Of a stretch of 64,000 nt of DNA, positions 1-13,900 are shown one piece after another. The notes below the pieces were generated by a model. It did not search any database, was not told the DNA's origin, and was given only the letters and a program-made list of their open reading frames with translations. Origin of the DNA: Stylophora pistillata (taxonomy: Eukaryota). The stretch lies in the NCBI RefSeq assembly GCF_002571385.2, contig NW_019217784.1, forward strand, positions 977,218-1,041,217, read 5' to 3'. Position 1 is the first letter of the stretch; each line of letters opens with the position of its first letter. A program made the position numbers and the translations under genes.

Positions 1-246
1 AATGTAGTACCCACTTGTCATAATTGTCCTTTCTCTCTGGTGATGTAATTGACGATGAACCATCCAAACGATCGTTAAATTCATCAACCTCAAATATGAA
101 TTTGAAATCAAATTACTTAAATCAACGTATTGCAAACTATGTTTTGATCAAGGAAAAGCAATGAATTACTGTCTTGTAAATATAGTGTGAGATCAGACCA
201 CGTTAACATCAAATTTACAGTAAACATCGCATCTTCTCAAGCTTAC

Positions 247-330
247 CCTTCGAGAAATAGAATTCACCCTATTCTGCACCGATCCAAATCCGCCTGTCTT
301 CGACGATTTATTCACTTTATTTCGAGACAT
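247..330 (-). CDS. Probable first coding exon of an unidentified gene continuing beyond the left edge (MSRNKVNKSSKTGGFGSVQNRVNSISRR)
   Basis: ATG at 330, 28 open codons, ending at a strong donor AGG|GTAAGC (246-241). No recognisable homology. Confidence 0.35.
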
Positions 331-1958
331 TTGGGTAAATTGTTCTTAATTAATCAAAAACACAGTGATTCAAACATAATTAAAGGAATATAAGATCAGC
401 AAAATAAAAGTCAATTGTTACTCCACTAAGTCGAAGTTTCCGCCATTTTTAATCACACTCGAACCCAGGCATCTCGCTTTATAAGGATACGAAGGAGCAC
501 CCAGGCCTTCTGTTGGCTTGCTCTTCAATGTACTCATGCAGACATGCAAATGCATCACAGAAAAAACTTCCACGAACTTTAAACCCACGTAAACTTTTCG
601 AGACCCATTTAAAAAATAGGGACTAAATAAGTAGTGATCCCCTTGGGAGTCTAACAAAAAGTTAAACAGTTATGATGTCAAAAACAGTCTAATTTCAAAA
701 ATGGCAGTGATAAATTTTTACACAACAGTTAAAATCTAACATTAGACATCATTAACCATAATTAACCATAATTAACTCGACTTACGGGATTTTCCCTAAA
801 AGAAATTCTCCCTAAAAGAAATTCTCCCTAAAAACTTGGGCGTTTATATTCTTTTGTCATATGTTCAAACACAGAACAAACGGGATTGTTGGAGGAAAAC
901 AAACAATCATATCGCTCTGCTGGTATGAACAATGTTAAATGTGTTAAAGAATATATTTTTTTAACCAGATACTTAATGCTCGTGATGACCGCTATTTGAC
1001 TTGCAACGCATGCAGGAGTCACTCGTCTGGTAAGTTCTACTTCGAGGAAAATGGGACCTCAGTGCGTTACGGGAGATTTATGGACATGGCCAACGTTTAC
1101 AGTAACGCTGTCAACGAGTTGCGCGTTACCATAAAAAAGAGGAAATCTGAAATAAGCTGTCAGAAAAACTTGTAAAATTGAAAAAAAAATCCCGCAAATG
1201 TGACATAATCAAAAGCGGTCATTTGTGAACATGAACTGCGAGTCTCTGAATAAAATCTTGTGAATACCTCATGATAATCTTCCATTTATATAACAATGGT
1301 TTAATAACTGGCAACGCAGCTATCGATAAAACATGATATAATGCGGTTATCTGTGCTAAAGATAACATGTCTTGGTGAAAATTAAGACACCCTAATCTTT
1401 CAAAAAAAAAAAAATTCTCTCGGATCACCGTATATCAGTGTAAACCCTTTACTAGCTGTAGCACAGTGTTCCTATACTCCTGGGATTTTCTGTCCCATTC
1501 ACAAGCATTATTAACTCTTGCTCAACCTTTTCTTCCGAAGGTTCACCCTCTCCTTTCTGGGTGTCGTTTAATTTAAAACTGTTGGGTCTGCTGCCCAGAG
1601 CATATAGTACCCAAATACTCGTCGTTATCCATGGGGTGCAGTTTTGCACCCCCAGGGATAAAAAATTAGTGTAGCCTAAAAGTTTTTCAACTTTACCTCA
1701 GAGGGCAAGGAAACCAATACCTCAAGAGCACGCCTTATCATATCCTAATTATAAAATTTGATTGCTAATGTGATCCTACATCCGACGCATTAAAGAAGTT
1801 TTACACAAAGCTCATTAACTGGGTTTGATTAACAAGTACTTCGTATACAAAGTTGCTCGCTGTCATTCTCTATGACAACAGGGTGCAAAACTTTATTCGT
1901 AAATATCGTTTGTAAATCTCTTGGCGTGACAGTTGTTAAACTCTTCAAATTATACGCA

Positions 1959-4900
1959 TCAGAGTTCGTCCTGGTCCGCAAACGGTCTACTGTCGTCAAA
2001 ATTAATTCCATCTTGACTGTGATTGTAGTACAGATTTGCGGAGTGGTTCTTTCCCATGGCATTCTTGACCCGTGAGCGGAGAGATGGTTTCAGAGTTCTA
2101 CTGTTCACTGAAAACTTGAAGGTCTGATCATGTGATCGACAGTAGCGATACAACACGATACCAACAATGACAGCAATAATGACAACGAGAATCACCACAA
2201 TAGCCACTATTTTCCCAGTTGAGATCGGTTGCTTGGACGCCACAGACGACGACACGGTTTCTGGTTGAAAAGAAAAAAGAGACTGAGTAAACCAAGAAGG
2301 AAATCCAGTCTTTTCGAGATTCTTACGACCGTACAAAAAATCGTTAAAGGAACATATTTTCATTGTCACCATAGTATCTACTGTCCACGGTTACCAAAGC
2401 AAACCCAACTTACTTTTCTGTGCCCCACCTTACTCTAACATTCTCTATCCCATCCTATTTCATTCCGTCTTTTCTACTTTCCCATTTCCATCCCATCATA
2501 TCCTAATAATTTGGATATATCAACAAAGTTGAAATGGTAAATTGACCACGGTTAAGATTAGAAAAGCTGACGTTTCGAGCGTTAGCCCTTCGTCGCTGCC
2601 TCGACGAAGGGCTAACGACGAAGGGCTAACGACGAAGGTCTCCGACGAAGGGCTCCTACGAAGGGCTAACGCTCAAATGTCAGCTTTTGTAATCATTACG
2701 GTGGCCAATTTACCATTTCAACTTTGTTGATATATCCAAATTATTTCGTTACTCCCACCGACGCAGCCCCAAACAGTTTCTTTCGAAACTACCAGCCTCC
2801 ATCCTATCCTACTCTGTTCCATCTTTTCTACTTTCCCATTTCCAAACTCTACTTCGACTCGATTAATTTCCCACCCACAAATCTAACCCTTACTCCAATT
2901 CACCCAGTTCATTCCATCCCTCAAGTTGTAGACTTACGTTTTCCTGGCGCAATACCATCCACATAAAGGGAAGCTGATTCGCTCACTTCGCCATATTTAT
3001 TTTTATACACGCAGGTGTACATTCCAACATCATCGACAGTAGCACTAAGTACCCAGAGTGCATTGTCGTCTGTGCTAAAAATTCTCGTGGATTGCTGAAT
3101 GGGTTTAGAATCCTTGACCCACGTCATCGAAGGATTTGGATAACCCATGCCAACACAGAAGAAAGAAGCGTTGGCATTTGATAGAATATGAACGTCCTTT
3201 GGAGGAATAGTGATAATTGGTGGACCTAAGAATCAGATACAGGGCAAAGGTACATAAATAAAAAAAAAACTAACAAACAAATAACATTACTGACACGCTT
3301 CCAGCATTGTTTGTGAATATAGCGATAAACAAGAGTGCATTCTATATCATAACCAACAACAAGTGGTATAACCCCGGTTAAGTACTTTTGAGGCAATAGC
3401 AGCCGTCACTGAATTTCACAAATTTGAACACCCTTGCCCAAATCATAGAGTATTTATAAAATACTCTAACCTTAACTTACCTCTGGTTACTAATTCTCTC
3501 CTTAAAGAGAGAGGGGTTAAATGCTTAATAGTTTACAGTCTCTCTCTTTGATGTATGTGCTGATCCAAGATAACAAATTTTGTACAAGCTTAAGATACTT
3601 ACCACGTAACAAAAGTGACGTCTCTTTGAGTCCAATACCGCCACGATTCCATGATATACAATAATAAATCCCAATGTCTTCTTTGCTCAAGTCCTTTATT
3701 AATAACCGGCTTGTAACAGTATTTTTAGCCGAGATATTTGTAGTGATGGTGTGTTTACTGGCATTCATTAACAATTCACCATCCTTCTTCCAAGCTACTT
3801 TAGGTGTGGGAATTCCAGTCACTTTACACTCTAATTTTTCTGTGGCCCCTTTTTTCCCGACAGTATTTGTGGGAAATACTTCGAACATGACAGTCACTAT
3901 AAAGGAATGAAAATGGACTTAAATCTTCACATCTGTTCAAACAGTCCGTTGAACACCACACAATCTCTTGGTGAGTGTTCTCAGACGGGTACATGTGAGG
4001 CTCTACCTACCAGAAAAAAATTCAACTTTCTTGTATGATACCTGCTTCTAGTACGTTTCAAAATAAAACTATTAAAAGATTACAAAAGGTTGCAAACCAC
4101 TTTGTAATTCGGTGGATTTTTCAAACAATACCCACCCCATCGAAAGTAAATGACACTATACCAGGCTTCCCCATGTTGCCTAAATGCCATGTGTACTTGG
4201 AAACTACGACTAGGCTAAGGTCGTATGCCTATATTAAATCTGTACTCGCGAGTTAGTTTTAAAGAGAAGGATTTCTACCCGCTGGTGTACTTGTTTACTT
4301 CTGCTGACGGTTAAAGAGAATAAAATCCAGCGGAAAAATACATAGTGAAAACAAATATTATACTTACGTCCCACAGTGAGGGTAGCATTAGCACGGGCCT
4401 CTCCTAGTTCATTAGTAAGAGAGCATTCGTAAGAACCCGCCTCTTCAAACGTCACTTTCTTCACTTTAAGAGTATAGGTGTCGTCTAAAAACTCCAAACG
4501 ATCTGAGAATTTCAGAGTCTTTCCTTTGAACTTCCACGTTATATTGCTCGGAGGAAAACTGGACACTACACAGCTCAACACTGCATCATCACCCCTTCTG
4601 ACATTCGTAGACACGACTCCAAGTATTCGTGGCGCCTCTGTAAAGGAAGAACAATGTACGAGTTGAAACAAAGGGGTTTCTTGCTGGATGACGAATTTTA
4701 ACTCCAAACGAGAAGCTGATCACATGACATCTTTATTTTAGGGCTACGAGGGAGAATGCATTCTTTGATTTTACCGCTGCATCCTTTCCAAAAAACTGTT
4801 TAATATTGTTCATACAGCACCAAGTCATCATTGGGCACAACAGATACGTTCGTAAAAAATCTCGATCCACAGCAAAAAGAACAAAGAATAATGTTGCATT

Positions 4901-7900
4901 TATTGCCCGTTACGAAAATAAAAACCTAAACCGTTAACAAACAATATCAGCCATGAGAGAAAGACTTACCTTTGACTATGACTTGAGAGCTGTTACTAGT
5001 AACATTCCCTGCGCAGTTAACAAGACTGCATGTGTAATTTCCACTATCTTCCCTTGTGGCTGATTTTATCAGCAGCTGCCCACCACGTGAGGTGATACGA
5101 TTGGAGGTTATATCCTTCTCCAGAAGGGGTTTCCCGTCTTTCCGCCAGTCCCGCACGGTTGGGTAAACCCGAGGAGGTTTAGAACGACACGGTAAGCTTA
5201 TCACGTCCTCTGCATTGACTTCTTTCCTACTCGGTGGAAAATCCTCGAATATGGGAGGACTGGAAGCGACAGCTAAATGACAAAGAGTTTCAGACAAACA
5301 CCCCACTTACTATTTGCTTGTGCTATTAATAAAAATAGAGGCGGAAGGATGAGGGAATGAATGAAAGGACAGAGACAAGGGTCACGGAGGGTGATATGGG
5401 TAATAAAAGACATAACAAAGGGTCACAGAGGGAGATATGGGGAATAAAGGACAAAGAAAAGCGTCACAGAGGGAGATAAGGGAAATAAAGGACAGAGATG
5501 GGGGTCACAGAGAGAGATATGGGGAATGGAGGACAGAGATAAAGGTCGCAAGGGGAGATATGGGGATTAAAGGAAAGGACAAGAGATAAGGGTCAGAGGG
5601 AGATATGGGGAATAAAGGACAGAAATAAGGGTTACAGAGGAAGATATGGGAAATAGAGGACAGAGAGAAGGGTCACAGAGGGAGATATGAGAAATAAAGG
5701 ACAAAGAAAAGGGTCACAGAGGGAGATTTGGGGAATAAAGGACAAAGAAAAGGGTCACAGAGGGAGATTTGGGGAAGAAAAGACAAAGACAAGGGTAACA
5801 GAGGGAGATATGGGCAATAGAGGACAGAGACAAGGGTCACAGAGGGAGATATGGGAAATAAAGGACAGAGATGAGGGTCACAGAGAGAGATATGGGGAAT
5901 AGAGGACAGCAACAAGAGTCACAGGGTGAGATATGGGGAAAAAAAGGATAGAAATAAGGGTTACAGAGGGAGATATGAGAAATAAAGGACAAAGAAAAGG
6001 GTCACAGAGGTAGATATGGGAAATAAAGGACAAAGAAAAGGGTCACAGAGGGAGATTTGGGGAATGAAGGACAGAAATAGGGGTCACAGGGAGATGTGGG
6101 AAATAAAAGACAGAAATAAGGGTCACAGAGGGAGATATGGGAAATAATGGACAGAAATAAGGGTCACAGAGGCAGATATGGGGAATCAAGGACAGAAATA
6201 AGGGTCACAGAGGGAGATGTGGGGAATAAAGGACAGAAATAAGGGTCACAAAGGGAGATAAGGGAAATAAAGGATAGAAATAAGGGTCATAGAGGGAGAT
6301 ATGAGAAATAAAAGACAGAAATATGGGTCACAGAGGGAGATACGGGGAATAATGGACAGAAATAAGGGTCACAGAGGGAGATATGGGGAATAAAGGACAG
6401 AAATAATGGTCACAGAGGGAGATATGAGGAATAAAGGACAGAAATAAGGGTCACAAAGGGAGATATGGGAAATAAAGGATAGAAATAAGGGTTACAGAAG
6501 GAGATATGAGAAATAAAAGACAAATATGGGTCACAGAGGGAGATTTGGGGAATAATGGAGAGAAATAAGGGTCACAGAGGGAGATAAGGGAAATAAAAGA
6601 GAGAAATAAGGGTCACAAAGGGAGATATGGGAAATAAAGGATAGAAATAAGGCTTACAGAGGGAGATATGAGAAAGGACAGATATATGGGTCACAGAGGG
6701 AGATTTGGGGAATGGACAGAAATACGGGTCACAGAAGGACATATGGGAAATAAAGGACAGTAATATGGGTTGCAGAGGGAGATATGGGGAATAGAGAAAG
6801 AGAATAAAGAGAAATTAAGGGAAGGGGTAAGAAAGGAGGGAGAAAGGGATGAGGGTAGATAAGTACGGATGGATGAAGAAGGGATGAAGGGAGGAGGTAG
6901 AAAGGGAAGACAAGACGAGGGAGATGGCAGGAAGAAATGAAGGAAGAGTGGCAAAGACAGAGGGAGGGATGGTGGGATGGAGAGATGGGTAGGGAATGAA
7001 GGGAGATTGCCAGGAATGGAGGGGGAAGGGATGGAAGAATGAGAGAGGAAGGGATGGAGGAGAGGGATGGAGAAGAGGGATAAAAAGGAGGGATGAAAAG
7101 GAGGGATGGAGGAGAGGAATTAGGGAATACTATCTACCTCGACATTCTCTTCCATCACCAGCGGTACCATCAGGGCATTGTAGACAAACTGACTCCTCTA
7201 CACCGTTCTGATCAAGGAAATTAAGATTCACGCAAGTAACACCGTTGATCAAATCACACTCCTGGAAGGGAAGACAGAAAAAATGGACGTTAGGATCACA
7301 AACATGAAAAGGTTTACCCACAGAAAAGATTTATTGAAAAAATTAAGAACAAACAAAATGTCCTGTACCTTTTTATCTTCGCACTTTCCATCGTTGACCC
7401 TTCTACAGTAGTTGTTGCTGATTTCCTCTACTGTTGTGTTATCACAAACTACTCCGGCATCTTCTCCGTGTAATGGGTCACAATTGGTCAGACCCCAGCC
7501 AATTTGTCTACACTGGGTAAGAGAGGTCTCATAACCAAGACAATTCACGTTATCCATCCAGATAATGCCGCTTCCTAACAACACAAAATTAGTTATTTTG
7601 ATTTTCTTAAGTATAAGCAAGCACTGTTTAAGTACGTAATGCATAAAAGGTATGTGTCATTTCCATTTGAACCAATTTGAATCCTTTTATAATTTTCCTC
7701 CAGCGAAGGGTTTCGCGGTTCTGTTCCAGAACAGGAGTGGCACAAAACCTCCCCCTCCCCCTCCCCCTTACCAAATTGATGTTATGTATCATAATGAAGA
7801 AAAGAGTCTTGCTGGATCTTAAACCAACCTTGTCCAAATTTCGAGTGCTTAGGAGCCTCTATTGCTTTTCCAAAGCCGAGTTCTTTGCAAACAATGGACG

Positions 7901-10900
7901 CCTCTTTTAGATCCCAGTCATCATCGCAAACTGTTCCCCACATGCCGGCGTAAAAAACTTCAACTCTTCCTTCTTGTTTACTATTGCCATCCACCAAACG
8001 AACCAAAGGTTTTTTCAGCTTTGATGGAAACAGGGAAGACACGGGTTTCATTTCACCACAATCCTCCACACATTTCATTCCCTCTGACGAAAAAGGGGAC
8101 ATTATTTTCGTGAACATAACGTTAATAAGACATTTCTGCGAATGAAAGAGGTCAGTAAACGGCTTCTTGCCATACGAGAGGAAAGTCAGTTCAACCCTCT
8201 ATGGAGATTATTTCCGTGTCCCTAACTTAAATCCTCCAACAGCTTTTTGCTTTTCTTTCTTTTCTTTCCTAAACACATCAAGAATAAAGTAGCCCGCGTT
8301 TTTTTTCTTTTTTTATATAGTAAAGCAGTGATGTTACTAAAAGTTCTGTTTCAATACTCACTAAGAAAAAGACCCTCACGGCAAGACTTGCACAAATTGT
8401 TCGTTTCCCCATTGTAGCACGATTGACACTGTTTGTCGCAAGGCTCACACTTCCGATTCTTGGTGTTCCCAAATTTACGAAACGGACATTCCTTTACGCA
8501 ATCCGAAAACTCCAAGAAATAGGGAGGATTACAGCTTGAGCACCGCTCTGCCTTACCAAGACACTCTTTGCACTGAGGCAGACAACGCTTGCACGTGTTT
8601 TTGGTGTCGTAGAAACCTGGTTCACAGTTGGACACACACCTTGTGGACAAATCAGGACCGGAGCATTTCACTCCGGCGTCTTCACTGTGGTGACAGTTGT
8701 GAGACCCAAATCCACCTTAAAAACAGTTTTGGAAGCGCGTTTACAACAACAAGCACTGTTAACAAATACCTGGGCTATTATGATAATCATGGCAAGATGA
8801 ATCTGAATCTTCAGGTGGAAAGCATGACATTCTGTTGGAGACCCGCAAGAGGAGGGGAAAGGAGTTGACAAAGTTGAGGTGAATGTCCATTGGATGGGGA
8901 TCTTATGAAAGCTAATTGTCGTAACTGTTTCGGTTGCAAATAAACTGGAAAACCTTCTATCCTTAGAGGTTTGCTACTCCAATGCGTATTAACCTTCAAA
9001 TGCTTCATTTGACCGGCGTAGTAACATCTCTCAGATACATAAACAAATCGTGAAATTTTGTTGATTCGGAAGGCAAGTGAAATATTTCGCTTATTTTTAA
9101 CGTTTCAAAAAGACATTAATCGATTTACTAAATTAGAAGTAAATTTTAAATTATAAGAACCACAAAAGAACGTCCGCTGTTCATACTTTTATACGGAAGC
9201 TGATATTTAACCGACTATTCGGGTAGTCAACTCTTGTAAATATATGCAAGTCATATATTTGAACTGCGGTTAAAGAACGAGTATGAGAGCGATCTTCGCA
9301 GTAATGAACACTACTTAAGCAGTAGTGAAAACGAAGCCTGAAAAAAATTCAGGCCTATACGGGACTCGAACCCATAACCTTTGCGAAACCGGTGTAGTGC
9401 TCTACAAACTGAGCTAACAAGCCAACTGGGAGCTGGTCATTATGTGGTGCATAATAAACCCGTGAAGTGATGAGTCAACGTTTGTGTATATGTATGCGAA
9501 TCCCGTGCAGGCCTGAATTTTTTTCAGGCCTCATTTTCACTACTGCTTAAGTAGTGTTCGTTACTACAAAGATCGTTCTCATACTTATTCGAGTAGTGAC
9601 ATGGTTCTCGAGCTCTCCCATTCATCTGTGCCGACTGATTCAACCTACCTGTATGAAAAGGACAATCTTGAAGTCTCCGTTCGTTACCAGTGCACTGAAT
9701 GTCATCCATCAATATTTTCCCAGTTCCCTGTCCGTATTTTGCAGAGTTGTAGGCGTAAATGGCTCCTCCCAATTTGAGCTGACGACATATCACCATTGCT
9801 TCTTTCATGTCGAAGCTATCATCGCATACTGTTCCCCATTCTCCCTGATAAAACAATTCAACGCGCCCTTCTGTCGAGGAGTTGACACCGACAAGTCTTA
9901 TGTTGGGGACACCGCTGACAATTTTATTTGCCTGGCGTGTGCAGTTCTCCACGCATGAATTTTCCAGGAGATGTTTACCGACTGGGCATTCGGTGCATTT
10001 GTTCCGTTTTTCGATGCAGTCCGAACAGGCAGGAGAGCAATCCAAACATATCCTAGTAGTGGGGTCTCCAAACTGTCCTCTTCTGCAATCAAAGACACAC
10101 GAACTGTAGTTTCCAGTTCTATTGAGGAACCTGTCCTTATCGCAGAGTGTGCAGTTTTCTGGCGTTCCAAGGCATTCGTTGCAGTTCGGACTACATCGAC
10201 CGCAGCTTCCATCCAGTGGATTTGTAAAATAACCTGAGGAACAGCTATCTAAGCAATCACGTGAGTGATCAGGACCCTTACAGACCACACCAGCGTCCTC
10301 GGTGTGGTCACAGTTTTCCTGTCCCCAGCCGAGGTGCTTGCATGCAAGTAACGATGACTCATTCCCTAAAATAGATATAAAGGTCCAAAGCCAGGTAATT
10401 ACCGGCAAACTGACGAACGATGAAAAGCCAGAGAGATCGACAGAAGGGGTTCACTAAACAACAGAAGAAAGGAATAGACCTGTACGTCTTGATTTAAGAC
10501 CTGAGCACCGGAACTAAAGGCCATTAAAGAGAAATTCAATGGCAGAAGGTAACTTACCAAAGCACTGAACTTCATCCAGCCAAATAGGCCCTTTTCCTGC
10601 TCCAAATCCGGCTCGGATGACCGATCGAGAAGCATTGCCCATGTTCAACATCCTACAAACAACTTGAGCATTCTGAATGTCCCAGGCGTCATCACACACT
10701 GTGCCGTATTTCCCATCATGAAGTAGCTGTCACGAAAATCACGCACACGAGTTAAAAAACAAAAACAACAACAACAACAACCACTAAAACAATACCTCCC
10801 CCTCCACCTAACTGTTCTTGGATTGTTTTGAATAGACATTGTCTGCTTTGGGCACAGTTTTTCCACATCGAAGCTCGAGAAAACTGCATGCTTCGCACAT

Positions 10901-13900
10901 ACACACACACACTCTTATGTTCCCTTTTCTTCCACAATTTTCCAGCGTACGGAAAAAAACATCAAGTATCAAAGGAAAACAAACATTGCACCTAACATAT
11001 AACAAAATCCTTACGACATGACTGAGCACTTTTAATGATGATTAATCATGACAGAATGTTAGCGCCCTTACTTCAATTCTACCCTCTAAGGGTGTTTTGC
11101 CACCAGCAAGGCGGATCAGAGGCACTGATGAGGGCCTGTAGCCATTGGTGCAATTTTCAACACAAGATGAGCCCTTCCTAAATAATGGGGGCGGACACGA
11201 GATGCAGTTGTCTGCTTTTCCTTCGCAGTCAGCACAATTCATGCTGCATTTTTTACAAAAACCGTCCAAGTAATAACCAGTGCCACATTCCTTCACGCAG
11301 GAGTCGTTCCTTTTGAAGAAACCCGGTACACAGGTGAGACATTTATCAGCAGTCTCGTTGCACGTTTTGCACGAGGCATTGCACTGCAAGCACTCGCTTC
11401 CCATCGGAAAGAAGCCATCTGGGCAACTGTCTTTGCACGTACGCACTCCTGGGCCCTTGCAGCGCAAAACGGTGTCCTCGTTATGTTGACAGTTTGTTTG
11501 TCCCCACGGACGATGGCGACAGTCATTTAACGATCTCTCCTCTCCATTACAGAAAACATCGTCCAGCCACATCTTACCTGTTCCCTTTAGAATATGGCGT
11601 AAAGACACAGAGGTATCGACGCCTCCAAGATACAACTCTCTGCAGATGACAGTCGACTCAGAAGCGTCCCAACCATCATCACAAACAGTTCCCCATACAC
11701 CCATGTGATAAACTTCCAACAAACCCTCCAAGTAATCTCTGCCGTTGGACAGCCTTACTGTTGGTGTGGTTTTTAGCGTGAAATTGACGGCAGGTACAGC
11801 GATCCCAGAAGTGCAGTTCGCCAAGCACGCTCCCTTTTTTTCGTCGAGGACAAGTGGAGGATGACAGATTGTGCAAACTGCTTTATCTAACCTGAATTCA
11901 CAAGTGATGCAGTCTTTGGGACAAGGAAGACACGAATAGTTACTCGGATTTTTGAACATGGAAATTCCACAATCCTCGACGCAGCGACCACTTTTCTTGT
12001 ACATATTTGGTCCACAGTCGTCTTCACACTTGCCATTTTTTAGCGCTTTTGGCTCCTTGCAAGAGGTACAATTCTTGTCATCAGATCCATCACTACACGT
12101 GACACAGATATGAGTGTTACACTTTTGGCACTCACGTGTCGGTGTGTATCCGAACTCATCATCGGCACACTTACCTACACAAGTATTTTCTCTTAAAAAC
12201 TTGGGTGCTGCACACTTCGTGCAGCGCACATTTGTTCCTGTGCATTCCAAGCATTGAGCTGCACACATTGTGCAAACATCCAGGTCATTTTTGAACCAAC
12301 CTGCGTAACAGGTTTTTTGGCACCGATTTGTAAGATGTTTTCCTATAGGCCCCGCACACCGCACTCCGACATCATTGCTATGGTAACAACGAGAACTAAA
12401 ACTTCGCTTGACCAGCGGACAATCAAAAATTGTGCTTTCTCGTCCTGTACAATTCAGAATATCCGTCCATATTCGTCCGTATCCACGACCATACGCTGAC
12501 CTTTTCACAGCTTTTAGGGCCGGACCCAGGCCGAGCTCACGACATACAACCGTCGCCTCCCTGAAATCAAAAGTTTGGTCACAAACTGTTGTCCAGGCTT
12601 CCGCGCGATATACTTCGACGCGACCTTCCAGGTCAGTCGGTCTCTTTCCCGCCAAACGCACTCGTCGTTTTTGCCCAACGTGGAGCTCCGCACAACTTTC
12701 TACGCAGTCACTTCCATTAAGGTATCGGTCGTCGTGACAACTGGTGCAAACGTCGTGAGGCGTTACGCCTGCACTTGTGCAAACGCCGGGATAAGTTCCA
12801 TCTGCGCATGTGCGGCAATTGGAGCTGCATGATTTGCACTTTCGGTCAGCGGGATCTCCATAGAAACCATCTCCACAATACGTTGTACAAGTGTTTCCTA
12901 AAACAGAGATAAAAATAATCGTTTTATGTGCTCTGGTCAGAATAAACTTTCTTAAAAATAATATACAAGTTTCTTACGTAGCGCTACGTTTAAAGCGATT
13001 GAAACAGTTAATTATAATCTGATTTGACCCGTAGTTTCCCAAAGAAACGAACGTTATCACCAAGAAAGCGAGTTCAAACGTTTCCATGTCAACACGTTCA
13101 ATTCAAAGATAAAATTCAAATATTAAGGTCAGCCGTTGAGGTAAATTTAGCATTTTTTTAATCAACTTCTTTTTGCTGGTGATCTTAAAACTTTCTTGAA
13201 GGGTTTTCACTCGATGCCAAAACGTGTTCTTTCACCGACAAAAAATGTCGCCTTAATTTTCTTATTAAAAGATTCCGTACCTTTCAAAAAGTGGGGCTTA
13301 TCACAAGATGTACAATTTCTTGCAGATTTGTTACAAGTTAAACAAGAAGCCATGCACACTTTGCAATTATCTCGATCACTAAAGTAACCGTCTCCACACT
13401 GATCCGTACATTCCCGTGTAGTATCAGGTCCCGCGCAGCGTACACCAGCATCTTCAAAGTGACCACAGGAGTGCTCACCCCACCCGGGATGCGCACAATT
13501 GTGCAGTCTCGTCTCGTTACCAAGGCAATCGACCTTGAATGTAGAAAGAACGTGAAATATAAAATCTATTCTTGAGAGAGAACAAGGACAATACAATGAA
13601 ATAGAAGTGAAGTATTCCCAACAACGAGAGAAAACGCTCTCTCAACCAAATAATATTAAACAATCGACTCCAATGCAGTGAATGATGTCAGCTTCTGTGT
13701 TTGGGAATTTATCAACTTCGTTTTTATCCATAAAAGATGAACAACCTTTTTGCGTTTGACTCTATTTTCATGTGATCCTCATGCTCCTGTGTATCAATAA
13801 GTGCAGTGATGCGCCTAAAACTTTCTCGCTGGAATTATAATCCGTAAATTCGTCAATCCATGCCGATAACAAAGAAAAAAACGTGAGTTTAGTTTTTATG

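Noticed and set aside
1959-1973. C-terminal QDEL as a KDEL-type ER retention signal
   Set aside because: The C-terminus of a type I membrane protein is cytosolic, where KDEL receptors cannot act
5365-6795. Tandem repeat as a CRISPR array
   Set aside because: No unique spacers, no cas genes, eukaryotic intron
5673-7211. ORFs of 71-87 aa within the purine tract
   Set aside because: They are translations of the minisatellite and low-complexity sequence
9554-12832. Several plus-strand ORFs of 60-134 aa
   Set aside because: Antisense shadows of the SRCR/furin-like coding exons
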